Part shown: positions 22,862 to 36,159 of the stretch, in pieces | Position numbering within the stretch: the stretch's first letter is position 1 | Layout: the number at the start of each line of letters is the position of its first letter | NCBI GenBank assembly: GCA_035607415.1 | Contig: DATNAQ010000031.1 | Location: forward strand, 6,084-70,083 | Length of the DNA stretch: 64,000 bases | Reading direction: 5' to 3' | DNA from: Polyangia bacterium | Lineage (GTDB): Bacteria > Myxococcota_A > Polyangia > Palsa-1104 | Notes under the pieces: generated by a model | Database searches by the model: none | The model's input: only the letters and a program-made list of their open reading frames with translations | Told to the model about the DNA's origin: nothing | Program-made: the position numbers and the translations under genes

Positions 22862-24306
22862 TTGCCCATCCCGCAGTTGCCCATGGCGCGGCCGAGCGCG
22901 GCCCGCGCGCGCGCCACGTTGAAGCGACCCACGGCCAGCTCGAGCTGGCTCGAGGTCAGGAGAGTTTCGGCGTCGGCGAGCTCGACGATGGTGCCGAGCC
23001 CGGCCTTGAAGCGAGCGTCCGCTTGCGCCTGGTTGGCGCGCGCGGCATCCACCGCAGTTTGCAAGCGCGGCAACGTCTGCAGCGCGGCGTCGAGATCGAG
23101 ATAGGCCCGCTCGGCGGCGAGCCCGACGTTGGTGCGCGACAGATCGAGCTCGGCGCGCGCCGCGTCCTCGCGCGATTGGGCCGCCGACCGGCGCGCCAGC
23201 ACGGTGGCGTCGAAGAGGTTCCACTGCAGCACGAGGCCGAGGTGCCAGTTGGCGACGTCGGGCAGCCAGCCGCCGCCATACGGCGTGTCGCCGCTCGACG
23301 GTGCGGCGCCGCCGGCGCGACCGGTCAGCGCGGCCGAGGCGAACACGTTGGGCAGAAGCTCGCGCGTCACCGCGCGCACCGCCGCGTGCTCGGCGTCGAG
23401 CCTGGCGATGGCCGCGAGGATCGCCGGGTTGCGCTCGGCCGCGGTGCGCATCGCCTCGGCGAACGCGGGCGCCGCCGTGAGATCCTCGGGCTGATCGGCG
23501 GCGTCGACCTCGAGCTGATCCGATCCCATCGCCGCCGCCAGCGCCGCGCGCGCGATGCGCAGGCCCGAGCCGGCCTGGATGCGCCGCACCTCGAGCGCGG
23601 CGACGTCGGCTTGCGCGCGCGTGAGATCGATCGGCGGCCGCATGCCGCTCTTCGTTCCCGCCTGCGCGTAGTCGCGATGGGTGAGCGCGCGCTTGTAGGC
23701 GTCCTCGGTCGCCGTCTGCACGGCCTTGCCGGCGAGCACCGCGTGGTACGCCTCCTCGACGGCGAGCCCGACGTCCATCGCCGCGGCGTCGGCATCGGCG
23801 CGCGCAACCGCGGCCTGCGCGTCGGCGACCGCGATCTGCGCCGAGATGCGCCCGAAGCCGTAGACCTCTTGATCGATGCCGATACCCGCGATCGTCGACG
23901 CCGACGGCGCCCAGCCCGCGGTCGCCTGCGTCTGCGACTTGGAGCCGCCGATGCGCGGGATGTCGATCTCGGGCACGCCGAGGTAGCTCGCCGTCGTGTT
24001 GTTCGATGTAGCGATGAACGCCTGCGCGGTGGCGCCGACCTGCGGCAGCCACTGCGCGCGCGGCACGCGCGCCTCGGAGCGCCGCGCGGCCAGCTCGGCG
24101 AGCGCGGCGCGGATCCGCGGCTGATGCGCGCGCGCGTAGTCGAGCGCCTGCGGCAGCGTCATCGCCGGCGCGGCGACCGCGGGTGCGACGGCGGCGGTGA
24201 GGACGAGGGCGGCGAGCATCGGTTGCCCGCCCATGAGCAGGAGGCGTGCCAGGGCAAGCGCGCGGAATCGCTGATTGCGGATCGGCGGCGGGCGGTTCAT
24301 CGTCAT
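22849..24306 (-). CDS. TolC-like outer membrane efflux protein
   Basis: A signal peptide is followed by the duplicated OEP helical repeat pattern (LTLPQALDYA..., RAQADVAALEVR..., AQADARFKAGLGT). It overlaps the MFP start by 13 nt. Confidence 0.8.
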   Translation of the reverse strand: MTMNRPPPIRNQRFRALALARLLLMGGQPMLAALVLTAAVAPAVAAPAMTLPQALDYARAHQPRIRAALAELAARRSEARVPRAQWLPQVGATAQAFIATSNNTTASYLGVPEIDIPRIGGSKSQTQATAGWAPSASTIAGIGIDQEVYGFGRISAQIAVADAQAAVARADADAAAMDVGLAVEEAYHAVLAGKAVQTATEDAYKRALTHRDYAQAGTKSGMRPPIDLTRAQADVAALEVRRIQAGSGLRIARAALAAAMGSDQLEVDAADQPEDLTAAPAFAEAMRTAAERNPAILAAIARLDAEHAAVRAVTRELLPNVFASAALTGRAGGAAPSSGDTPYGGGWLPDVANWHLGLVLQWNLFDATVLARRSAAQSREDAARAELDLSRTNVGLAAERAYLDLDAALQTLPRLQTAVDAARANQAQADARFKAGLGTIVELADAETLLTSSQLELAVGRFNVARARAALGRAMGNCGMGKCAQ

Positions 24307-24329
24307 GCACAATGCATGAGTCGCGCGGC

Positions 24330-24346
24330 TGGCACACCGCGTGCTT
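24330..24346 (+). promoter_or_regulatory. Sigma-54 (-24/-12)-like promoter element upstream of the receiver gene
   Basis: TGGCAC-accgc-GTGCT has the GG-N10-GC spacing of the TGGCAC-N5-TTGC consensus. It lies 13 nt before ATG 24359, so the leader would be very short. Confidence 0.3.
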
Positions 24347-24358
24347 GGGCCGAGGCGC

Positions 24359-24721
24359 ATGCGCACCGTGCTCCTGGTGATCGAGGATCGCGCGCTCTCC
24401 GACGTGCTCGCCGAGGCGCTCGTCGACGGTGGCCACGCGATCGCGCAGGTCGACGACAGCGACGCGGCGGTGCGCGCCCTCGACGAGCGGGCGTTCGATG
24501 CGGCCATCGTCGATCTCGACACCCGCGCGCGCGACGGGGTGCGCCTGATCGCACGCGTGCGCGCCGCGCATCCGGCGACGACGGTGATTGCGCTGTTGCC
24601 GTGCGGCGGAATGCCGGACGGCGCAGGGCCGCCGCCGTACCATCTGGCATTGGAGAAGCCCGCTCGCCTGGCGGCAGTCTTGTCGGCGGTGAGCGCGGCA
24701 CATGCCGCAATTCGCAACTGA
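24359..24721 (+). CDS. Stand-alone response-regulator receiver domain protein
   Basis: RTVLLVIEDR .. FDAAIVDLD .. TVIALLP .. LEKP is a CheY-like pattern. An alternative GTG start is at 24341. Confidence 0.7.
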   Translation: MRTVLLVIEDRALSDVLAEALVDGGHAIAQVDDSDAAVRALDERAFDAAIVDLDTRARDGVRLIARVRAAHPATTVIALLPCGGMPDGAGPPPYHLALEKPARLAAVLSAVSAAHAAIRN

Positions 24722-24761
24722 TCGGCTGGCCGAGCGGCCCGGGGTGTTGCAAAATGCATGA

Positions 24762-26722
24762 GTGGGCATGAGGGCGGGTAGGACCCCACGTGGGCTGTCG
24801 GTCGCCGTCGTCACGTCGGTCGGGCTGGTGTTCGCGCTCGCCTACGTCGACTCGCGGCGCGAGGAGGCGCGCGCGCTCGACGACTTCACCGGCGAGCAGG
24901 CGGCGCTGGCGCGCACGCTGGCGACGACGATGTCGGCGCGCGTGGCGACGATCTTGCGCGACCTCGGAACGGTGGCGTCGTCGCCCGAGGCGCTCGATCG
25001 GTTGGTGGCGCCGGGCGGCGCATACGACGCGCTGGTCGTGCTCGACGCCGACGGCAAGCCGGCGCGCGTGGTGCCGGCCGACGTCGAGGGCGAACGGCGC
25101 GCGCTCTTGCCGCGGCTGTTCGCGGCGGCGAAGCCGGGCGGTGCGGCGGTCGTCTCCGAGCCGATGAGACGGTTGCGCTGGTTCCTCGAACGCAACGCGC
25201 GCGGTGCGGCCGCGCTGCTCGTCGACACCAATCATTTCTTCGAGGGCGCGGCGCCGCTGCGCCGGGTGGTGATGGACGACGCGGGCCGCTGGCGGGTGTC
25301 GGGCGGCGACGGGGAGACGACCTCGTGGCAGACCAGGCACCCGCCGGAGCTCGACGAGCTCTTGACGGCGATGGCGCGGGGCGGCGAGGGCACCGAGTTC
25401 CTGGGGCGCTCCTCGGCGGACGCGCTCGGCCTCGGGCAGCGCTCGGCGGTGGCGGGCTTCGCGCGCGTGCCCGTCGGCGATGCGACCTGGTCGCTGGCGG
25501 TGGTGGCGTCGGCCAAGCGCGTGCGCGATCGGGCGCGGCTGGCGGCGTGGCGCCTGGCCGCGGCGACGGCGCTGACGGCGCTCATCGTCGGCGTGTTCGG
25601 CGTGGTGCTGACAAGGCAAGAGCGGCGCGCGCAGGAGCTCACCGTGGCGCTGCGCCTGGCGGAGGCGACGGCGGCGCTGCGCGAGCGCAGCGAGAAGCTG
25701 GTCGAGAGCGTACCGCTCGGCGTCCTCGCCGTCGACGCCGCGGCGCGGGTCACCGCCGTCAATCCGTTCTTCGCCGATCGCGGCGCGCGCACGGCCGCGT
25801 CGCTGCCGGCGGCGCTGCCCGGCATCGCCGACGACGAGCGCGCGGCGATCGAGGCGCTCTTGACCGAGGCGCGCACGACGCGGCGCGCGCAGACGCGCCA
25901 GGGCCTGACCCTCACGCTCGACGGCAAGCCGCGCGAGGTCGACGCCTTCGTGATCCCGCTGGCGCGGCCATTGCCCGACGCCGACTGCTTCGTGGTGCTG
26001 CACGATCGCACCGATCTGAAGCGCCTCGAGCGCAGCCTCATGCGCGCCGAGAAGCTGGCGACCATCGGCACGCTCTCGGCCGGGATCGCGCACGAGGTGG
26101 GCACGCCGCTCGGGATCATCTCGGGGCGCGCCGAGCAGCTCCTGACGCGCGTGCCCGAGGGCGACGCCGGCGAGGCGATGAAGAAGGGGCTCTCGTCGAT
26201 CCTCGGCCAGGTGGACAAGGTGTCGACGACGATCCGACAGCTGCTCGACTTCGCGCGCGCACGCCCGGTCACCGTCGAGTCGGTGTCGCCGGCGACGGCG
26301 GTGGGCGCCGCGGCCAGCCTGCTCGAGCATCGCTTCCGGCAGGCCAAGGTGGTGGTGACCACCGACGCGCCGCCGTCGCTGCCGCCGCTCGCCGCCGATC
26401 CGGGGCAGCTCGAGCAGGTGCTGGTGAACCTCCTCATGAACGCGTGCGACGCCTGCGGCGCGGGCGGCCACGTGACCGCGCGCGCGCGCCCGGGCGGCGA
26501 CGACGGCGTGGTGCTCGAGGTGATCGATGACGGCAGCGGCATCGCGCCCGAGCATCTGCCGTCGGTGCTCGATCCGTTCTTCACGACCAAGAAGCGCGGC
26601 CAGGGCACCGGGCTCGGCCTGACCATCGCCGCCGACATCGTGAAGAACCACGGCGGCACGCTCGCCATCGACAGCGCGCCCGGGCGCGGCACCACGGTGC
26701 GCGTGACCTGGCCGGTGGCGTC

Positions 26723-26726
<4 letters not shown>
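24762..26726 (+). CDS. Sensor histidine kinase with a periplasmic sensor region between two TM helices
   Basis: H-box AHEVGTPLGII, N-box LVNLLMNACDA, G-boxes DDGSGI and GTGLGL. TM helices are near the N-terminus and at LTALIVGVFGVVL. ATG 24768 is an alternative start. Confidence 0.85.
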
Positions 26727-28087
<1,361 letters not shown>

Positions 28088-28169
28088 GACGCGCCGTCTC
28101 ATCACGAGCCGCGCCGTCTCGGGCGCGCGCGCGTGGAACTGCGCGAATCGCCGCGTCGTCCCACGCGGC

Positions 28170-29831
28170 ATGCGGCTTGCTGTAGCGATGGGCTCCATGC
28201 GTACTCTCGCGATCGCGCTCGTCTCCGTCGTCGCTGCGTGCAGCTCCAACGGCAACCGCTCGCCCGACGGCGGCGGAGGCGCGGGCGGCGACGGCGGCGG
28301 CAGCTGCGCCTCGTCGGTGAGCGCGGCGCCCGGCCTGGTCGTGACCGATCGCGGCCCGGTGCAGGGCACGCCGTCGAACGGCACCTGGGCCTGGTTCGCG
28401 ATTCCGTACGCCGCTCCGCCCGTCGGTGCGCTGCGCTGGCAAGCGCCCGAGCCGCCCGCGTGCTGGTCGCAGCCGATCGCCGCCACCACCTTCGGCTCCG
28501 CCTGCGTGCAGCTCGACAGCGACGGCAAGACCGTGATCGGCGCCGAGGACTGCCTGACGATGAACGTGTGGGCGCCGTCGAGCGCGACGCCGTCGAGCGC
28601 GCTGCCGGTGCTGTTCTTCGTGCACGGCGGCGGCAACGTGCAGGGCTCGGCCAGCGAAAATCGCAACGGCGTCTTCCTCTACGACGGCTCGCTCCTCGCC
28701 GCGCAGACGAACGCGGTGGTCGTGACCATCAACTATCGCCTCGGGCCGCTCGGCTGGCTGGCGCACTCGTCGTTCGCCGACGCCGGCAACTACGGCACGC
28801 TCGATCAGCTGGCCGCGCTCGCCTTCGTGCAGCGCAACGTCGCGGCGTTCGGCGGCGATCCGACACACGTGCTGCTCTTCGGCGAGTCGGCCGGCGCGGT
28901 CAACGTGTGCGCGCTCCTCGCCTCGCCGCTCGCCAAGGGGCTCTTCTCGGCCGCGCTCATGGAGAGCGGCGCCTGCACCGCGCAGACGAGCGCGGCGGCG
29001 TCGTCGTTCGCCGACGGCTTCGCGCAGAAGGTCGGCTGCACCAGCGGCGACGTCGCCGCCTGCCTGCGCGCGCTCGACGCGAACACCGTCGAGCTCGCCT
29101 TCCCCGAGACCGCCAACATCGCCGCCCCCACGCAGGACGACTTCCAGCCCAACGCCGACGGCATGGTGCTGACCGACAGCCCACAGCAGGTGCTCCTCGC
29201 GGGCACGCACAACCACGTGCCCTTCATCGTCGGCTCGAACGCCAACGAGACCGGGCAGGCGATCGTCGCCGCCTATCCGTCGGGCATGACGATGGCGCAG
29301 TACCAGGCCGCGGTGCTCGCCTACACCAGCGGCAATCAGACCTTCACCAACGCGATCCTCGCGCAGTATCCCGTGAGCGACTACGGCAACGATCCGCGCG
29401 CCGCCTACATCGCCCTCACCAGCGACTCGAAGTTCATCTGTACGGCGCGCTACGTCACGCGCGCGGCGGCGACGCATCAGTCGGAGCCGGTGCGGCGCTA
29501 CTTCTACACCCATCACCTCGACGGCACGCCGCTCGTTGCGCTGGCGATGGCGGAGGGCGCGTTCCACGGACAGGAGCTCTTGCCGCTGTTCCGCCACATG
29601 AGCATCGCCGGCTACACGCCGAGCGCGGGCGAGACGACGCTCTCCGATGCCATGGACGGCTACTGGTCGCGCTTCGCGGCGACGGGCGATCCCAACGGCG
29701 GCGGCGCGGCGACGTGGCCGCTGTACGACGCGACCAGCGACGCCGTGCTCGAGCTCGACGACACGTCGCAAGCGGGCGCCGGCGTCCGCACCGCGCAGTG
29801 CGACTTCTGGGACACGTCGTTCGGTCGCTGA
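28170..29831 (+). CDS. Type B carboxylesterase (para-nitrobenzyl esterase-like) lipoprotein
   Basis: Lipobox VVAACS. EDCLTMNVWAP, FFVHGGGN and FGESAGA are present. Possible starts are 28170, 28188 and 28197. Confidence 0.85.
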   Translation: MRLAVAMGSMRTLAIALVSVVAACSSNGNRSPDGGGGAGGDGGGSCASSVSAAPGLVVTDRGPVQGTPSNGTWAWFAIPYAAPPVGALRWQAPEPPACWSQPIAATTFGSACVQLDSDGKTVIGAEDCLTMNVWAPSSATPSSALPVLFFVHGGGNVQGSASENRNGVFLYDGSLLAAQTNAVVVTINYRLGPLGWLAHSSFADAGNYGTLDQLAALAFVQRNVAAFGGDPTHVLLFGESAGAVNVCALLASPLAKGLFSAALMESGACTAQTSAAASSFADGFAQKVGCTSGDVAACLRALDANTVELAFPETANIAAPTQDDFQPNADGMVLTDSPQQVLLAGTHNHVPFIVGSNANETGQAIVAAYPSGMTMAQYQAAVLAYTSGNQTFTNAILAQYPVSDYGNDPRAAYIALTSDSKFICTARYVTRAAATHQSEPVRRYFYTHHLDGTPLVALAMAEGAFHGQELLPLFRHMSIAGYTPSAGETTLSDAMDGYWSRFAATGDPNGGGAATWPLYDATSDAVLELDDTSQAGAGVRTAQCDFWDTSFGR

Positions 29832-29835
29832 GCCC

Positions 29836-30792
29836 TTACTGCTGGATGCAGTAGAGGTAGCAGCTGACGGCGGTGCACGACGGCGTGTCGTGAAAGTTCC
29901 AGTTGATGTCGGTCGCCGACGAATCGCCGACGTAGGCGACGTCGCTCGCCGTGCCGCCGGTCCAACCGGCGCAGTCGCCGGCGGTGGCGTTGATGCGATC
30001 GCCGTTGGGGTTGAAGTCGGTGTAGACGCAGCCGACGGCGGCGGTGCCGTCGGCGAGCTCGTCGATGGGGCCGGCGTGCACCGAGGTGAAGAACGAAGCG
30101 TCGTCGGCGACCGCGGTGCCGTCGGGCAAGACGATGTCGCGGCCGGCGCTCAAGTCGAGGTTGCCGTGCGGGCTCACCGTCGGATACGCGATCACGGCCT
30201 TGTAGGGCGTCGCCGGCAGCCCGGCGCCGGCGGCGGTCGTGGTGCACTCGGTGTCGAGGCCGCTCTCGGCGCCGAGGTTCGGCCCGCGCGGCGGCAAGAG
30301 GAAGACGTAGCGCACCGCCTTGCCGGCGAGATCGTTCGTCGCCAGGTCGGTGCTGATGCTGCCGCCGTCGCCGGGCGCGAGATCGTCGCCGACCGCGAGA
30401 TCGACGCCGCCGCCGGCGACGCCGACGAGCGTGACGGTCGCGGTCACGTGCGCGCCCGGACGGATCGACGCGGCCGCGTCGCCCTGCCCGACGGCGAGAC
30501 CGCTGCGCAGCCCGAGCACCGAGATGGCGACGCTGCCCGTCGCCGCCGGCAGGTAGATCGCGGTGGCGACCGGCAGCGACACGGCGGCGCCGGGCGATCC
30601 CGGCGTGTGCCCGTCGAGCAGCGCGGCGCCGGCCACGTGAATCGCGAGCTGATCGAGCGCGCCGACGCCGTGACCTTCGACGCGCAACGCCAGGCAGGCG
30701 CCGTCGTGGCCGTCGCACGGATCGCTCGTGCCGCAGCCGGCCGCGAGCGCGGCCAGCCCGGCGAAGAGCGTGGTTGCGACGAGCGCCCTCAT
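29836..30792 (-). CDS. Lipoprotein with a Cys-containing C-terminal domain (possibly DUF1554/endostatin-like)
   Basis: Lipobox LAAGCG. The C-terminal segment is RYVFLLPPRGPNLG..LDTECTT..YKAVIAY..CAGWTGG..CYLYCIQQ. It has an ATGA overlap with the upstream ORF. Confidence 0.65.
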   Translation of the reverse strand: MRALVATTLFAGLAALAAGCGTSDPCDGHDGACLALRVEGHGVGALDQLAIHVAGAALLDGHTPGSPGAAVSLPVATAIYLPAATGSVAISVLGLRSGLAVGQGDAAASIRPGAHVTATVTLVGVAGGGVDLAVGDDLAPGDGGSISTDLATNDLAGKAVRYVFLLPPRGPNLGAESGLDTECTTTAAGAGLPATPYKAVIAYPTVSPHGNLDLSAGRDIVLPDGTAVADDASFFTSVHAGPIDELADGTAAVGCVYTDFNPNGDRINATAGDCAGWTGGTASDVAYVGDSSATDINWNFHDTPSCTAVSCYLYCIQQ

Positions 30793-31364
30793 TGTGCCGT
30801 CAACGGCGGAAACGTCGCCGGCCCCGACGATCGCGTCAATCCCACGCCGAGCCCCACGCCCACGCCGACGGCGACCACGCCGCCGACCGCGGTCCACACC
30901 CACCAGCGACGGTAGAGCGGCTTGCGCGCCGGCGGCGGCGGCGGCGCCTGCACCGTCACGATGGCCGGCGGCGGCTCCACCACCACCGCCGGCGGAGTCG
31001 GCTTCGTCTCGACTTCCGGCGGCGGTGGATGCAGCCGCAGCTCCTCGCGCAGCGCCGCCACCCGCGTCTGCGCCACCGCGTCGTCGGGCTGCACCGCGAG
31101 GTAGCGATCGTACGCGTCCACCGCCGCCGCCGTCCGATGCAGCTCCTCCAGGCAGCGCGCGATGTTGAACAACAGTTGCGGATGCGGCACCAGCGCATAC
31201 GCTCGATTCAGATGGTCCAGCGCCGACTCGAACTTCCGCGCCTCGAAGTCGGCCTGCGCCTGCGTCAGCTCCGAATGCGCGCGATCGCGCAGCTCGTCGC
31301 CGCGGGACCTCCCCGCCGTCACGAGCAGCAACACGAGCGCCATCCCCAGGGCCCTGGTCCTCAC
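30789..31364 (-). CDS. Membrane-anchored TPR-like protein with a Pro-rich linker
   Basis: A signal sequence is followed by one to two TPR-like helices (FESALDHLNRAYAL..LFNIARCLEEL), a Pro-rich segment and the C-terminal TM WWVWTAVGGVVAVGVGVGLGVGL. Confidence 0.7.
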   Translation of the reverse strand: MRTRALGMALVLLLVTAGRSRGDELRDRAHSELTQAQADFEARKFESALDHLNRAYALVPHPQLLFNIARCLEELHRTAAAVDAYDRYLAVQPDDAVAQTRVAALREELRLHPPPPEVETKPTPPAVVVEPPPAIVTVQAPPPPPARKPLYRRWWVWTAVGGVVAVGVGVGLGVGLTRSSGPATFPPLTAQ

Positions 31365-31453
31365 GGATCCCCCAACGCAGTATCGGCCCCGTCATTGTAC
31401 ATCATTAATCGCTCGAACTTTTTCCCACCCATGGTGTTCAGCGAGGAGCACCC

Positions 31454-33862
<2,409 letters not shown>

Positions 33863-33874
33863 CTGCGGCGCCGC

Positions 33875-34117
33875 TCAGCTGCGGAAGAGCGCGTCGAGCG
33901 CGCTCAGCTTCTCCTGCAGCTCGCTCGCCTTCAGGTAGACCGCCATCCGCGTGCGCAGCTGCGGCAGCGCGCGCCGATAGTCGTCGACGGTCGCCGCGTC
34001 GGGCGCCGCGCCCACCGACTCGAGCGCGCGCTCGACCGCACCCGGCCCGATGAACGACGCCAGCCCGGTGCGCTCGACCACCGCCTCGAACAGCGCGCGT
34101 CCGTGCGGCGCCGTCAT
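33875..34117 (-). CDS. Small helical hypothetical protein (80 aa) coupled to the O-methyltransferase
   Basis: ATGA overlap with the methyltransferase stop, and high GC3. The start lies inside track ORF 33875..34777. Confidence 0.55.
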   Translation of the reverse strand: MTAPHGRALFEAVVERTGLASFIGPGAVERALESVGAAPDAATVDDYRRALPQLRTRMAVYLKASELQEKLSALDALFRS

Positions 34118-35118
34118 CTGGCCTCGGCGACCACGAGGCTGGTGACGCCCGCGAGCGGCTCGTGCGCGACGAAGCGCCAGCCGTTGGCCTCGAGCCACGG
34201 CCGCGCCTCCTCGACGCTGTAGGTGTCGCCGTTGCCCGAGAGCATGAGATAGGTCGCGGCCAGCATCGCGCCGAACACGGGCTGCGTATGCGTCGCGTCC
34301 ATCCACTGATCGACGATGAGCAGGCGCGCCCCCACGTCGACGACGGCACGCAGCCGCGAAAGGAGCAGCGCGATCTTGTCGGGATCGAACAGGTGGATGA
34401 AGCCCGCGGTCAGGAGCACGTCGTGCCCCGTCGGCAGCGCATCGAACAGCGCGTCTCCCTCGACGAGCTCGACGCGATCGCGCTCCGCCGCCGCGTCGAT
34501 GCGTCGCCGCGCGATGGCGATCGTCGGCGGCAGATCGAACAGCGTTCCGCACAGCGACGCGTGCTGCGCCAGGATCGGCAAGAGATACGATCCCGTGCCG
34601 CCGCCGACGTCGAGCAGACGCCGGTGCGCGGCGAAGTCGTACGCCTTCGGCAGCGCACGCGCGCCCGGCCCGGTCCACGCCTCGACGCCCTCGGAGAAGA
34701 GCTTGGCGAACTCCGGGCTGGGCTTGCCGTGCCTGGCCGGCTCGCCGGTGCGCACTGCGTTTTCGAAGCCCATCCACATGGGGTAGATCAACTGGTTGTA
34801 CATACGCAGCCCGGCGCGCAGGTCCACCGACGAGCGCCCGGCGAGGAACGCCTGCGCATGCTCGCCGTTGCGATAGCGCTCGCCTTCTTTGGCGAGCACC
34901 TTCATCGCCGCCAGCCCGTTGGCGACGACGCGCACGGATCGTCGCGGCAATCCCGTCGCGGCGGCGAGCGCGTCGGCGTCGAGCGCCCCGTCGGCGAGCT
35001 TCTCGAACAGCCCGAGCTCGACGGCGACGCAGAGCAGCTTGGCGTTCATGAACCCGGCGCCGAGCTCCGCGAAGAAGTCCGGCTCCAGCTGCGCGGGCGG
35101 GTCAGGCAGCGTGCTCAT
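34114..35118 (-). CDS. SAM-dependent O-methyltransferase (Methyltransf_2-type with N-terminal dimerisation/winged-helix domain)
   Basis: SAM motif LLDVGGGTGSY, followed by DLPPTI and VEGDALFDALPTGHDVLL. Confidence 0.85.
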   Translation of the reverse strand: MSTLPDPPAQLEPDFFAELGAGFMNAKLLCVAVELGLFEKLADGALDADALAAATGLPRRSVRVVANGLAAMKVLAKEGERYRNGEHAQAFLAGRSSVDLRAGLRMYNQLIYPMWMGFENAVRTGEPARHGKPSPEFAKLFSEGVEAWTGPGARALPKAYDFAAHRRLLDVGGGTGSYLLPILAQHASLCGTLFDLPPTIAIARRRIDAAAERDRVELVEGDALFDALPTGHDVLLTAGFIHLFDPDKIALLLSRLRAVVDVGARLLIVDQWMDATHTQPVFGAMLAATYLMLSGNGDTYSVEEARPWLEANGWRFVAHEPLAGVTSLVVAEAR

Positions 35119-35144
35119 CGCGCCGATTGTAGTACAGTCGACGC

Positions 35145-35735
35145 ATGAGCGACGACGACGATCGCGCGCGTTTCAAGAACATGGCCGAGAGCGACGCCAA
35201 CGACTGGCTCATCATCGGCACGCACTTCATCCCCTTCGCGCGCGCGCTGCCCGATCGCGTGCTCGCCCACTTGCGCCTCCTCGAAGGCGACTACGGCGGC
35301 TTCCCCGTCGATCGCCTCACCCACTGCCTGCAGACGGCGACGCGCGCGCACGCCGACGGCCGCGACGAGGAGTACGTGGTCTGCGCGCTGCTCCACGACA
35401 TCGGCGACACGCTCGGCGCGTACAATCACCCCGACATCGCCGCCGCCATCTTGAAGCCCTTCGTCTCCGACGAGAACCTGTGGATGGTCGAGAAGCACGG
35501 CATCTTCCAGGGCTACTACTTTTTCCACCACATCGGCATGAACCGCGACATGCGCGACGCCTTCCGCGATCACCCGTGCTATGCGCGCACCGAGGAGTTC
35601 TGCCGCCTCTACGACGGCCCCGCGTTCGACGCCATGGCCGAGGCCAGGCCGCTCGCCTTCTTCGAGCCGATGGTGCGCCGCCTGTTCGCGTCGCCGCGGC
35701 AATCGATCTACAAAGGCGCGCTCGGACCCAAATAA
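35145..35735 (+). CDS. HD-domain metal-dependent protein (possibly the PhnZ/MIOX-like oxygenase branch)
   Basis: HCLQTATRA .. ALLHDIGD .. HPDIAAAIL .. VEKHGIFQGYYFFHH. It is divergent from the methyltransferase, with a 26-nt gap between start codons. Confidence 0.8.
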   Translation: MSDDDDRARFKNMAESDANDWLIIGTHFIPFARALPDRVLAHLRLLEGDYGGFPVDRLTHCLQTATRAHADGRDEEYVVCALLHDIGDTLGAYNHPDIAAAILKPFVSDENLWMVEKHGIFQGYYFFHHIGMNRDMRDAFRDHPCYARTEEFCRLYDGPAFDAMAEARPLAFFEPMVRRLFASPRQSIYKGALGPK

Positions 35736-35782
35736 TCGCGTTCGACGTTGTTTTGATGCGTGCTCGTGCTTACTAGCCAGAT

Positions 35783-36088
35783 GTGCGCGAACGTTTCGTC
35801 GAAAGTGGCGATGGCGGCGCTCGACTCGAGCTGCGCGGAAGCGAAGGCAAGCGCGTGCATGTCTTGCAGGACCAGCCGCTGAGCCGCGGCGACGAGATCG
35901 AGATCCTCCTGTCCGACGGCCATTGGCTCCCCGGCCGCTACGACTGGAGCGGGATCGAGGCGCGCTGGCCCGGCCTGCGCATCGAGCTCGGCAGCCCCGC
36001 CCGCCCCGACGAGATGACGCGCGCGCCGGCGGCGGTGATGGCGCTCCATCCCGACGCCATCGTGCGCTGGCGATCGCGTCGCGGCTGA
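35783..36088 (+). CDS. Small hypothetical protein, paralog A (DUF5348-like?)
   Basis: GTG start and high GC3. The core is LELRGSEGKRVHVLQDQPLSRGDEIEILLSDGHWLPGRYDWSGIEARWPGLRIELG. Confidence 0.65.
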   Translation: MRERFVESGDGGARLELRGSEGKRVHVLQDQPLSRGDEIEILLSDGHWLPGRYDWSGIEARWPGLRIELGSPARPDEMTRAPAAVMALHPDAIVRWRSRRG

Positions 36089-36159
36089 CGCACACACACG
36101 TTGTCCCTCTTGCAACCATCGGGTGCGGCGCCTACGACCTCGTCAAGGGCAAACCGACC

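Noticed and set aside
24311-24763. The 11-mer AATGCATGAGT occurs twice (24311-24321 and 24753-24763), each time just upstream of a regulatory gene start.
   Set aside because: Exact 11-mer pairs are expected by chance many times in 64 kb. There is no extended similarity around them. It is kept only as a note because both copies are AT-rich and intergenic.
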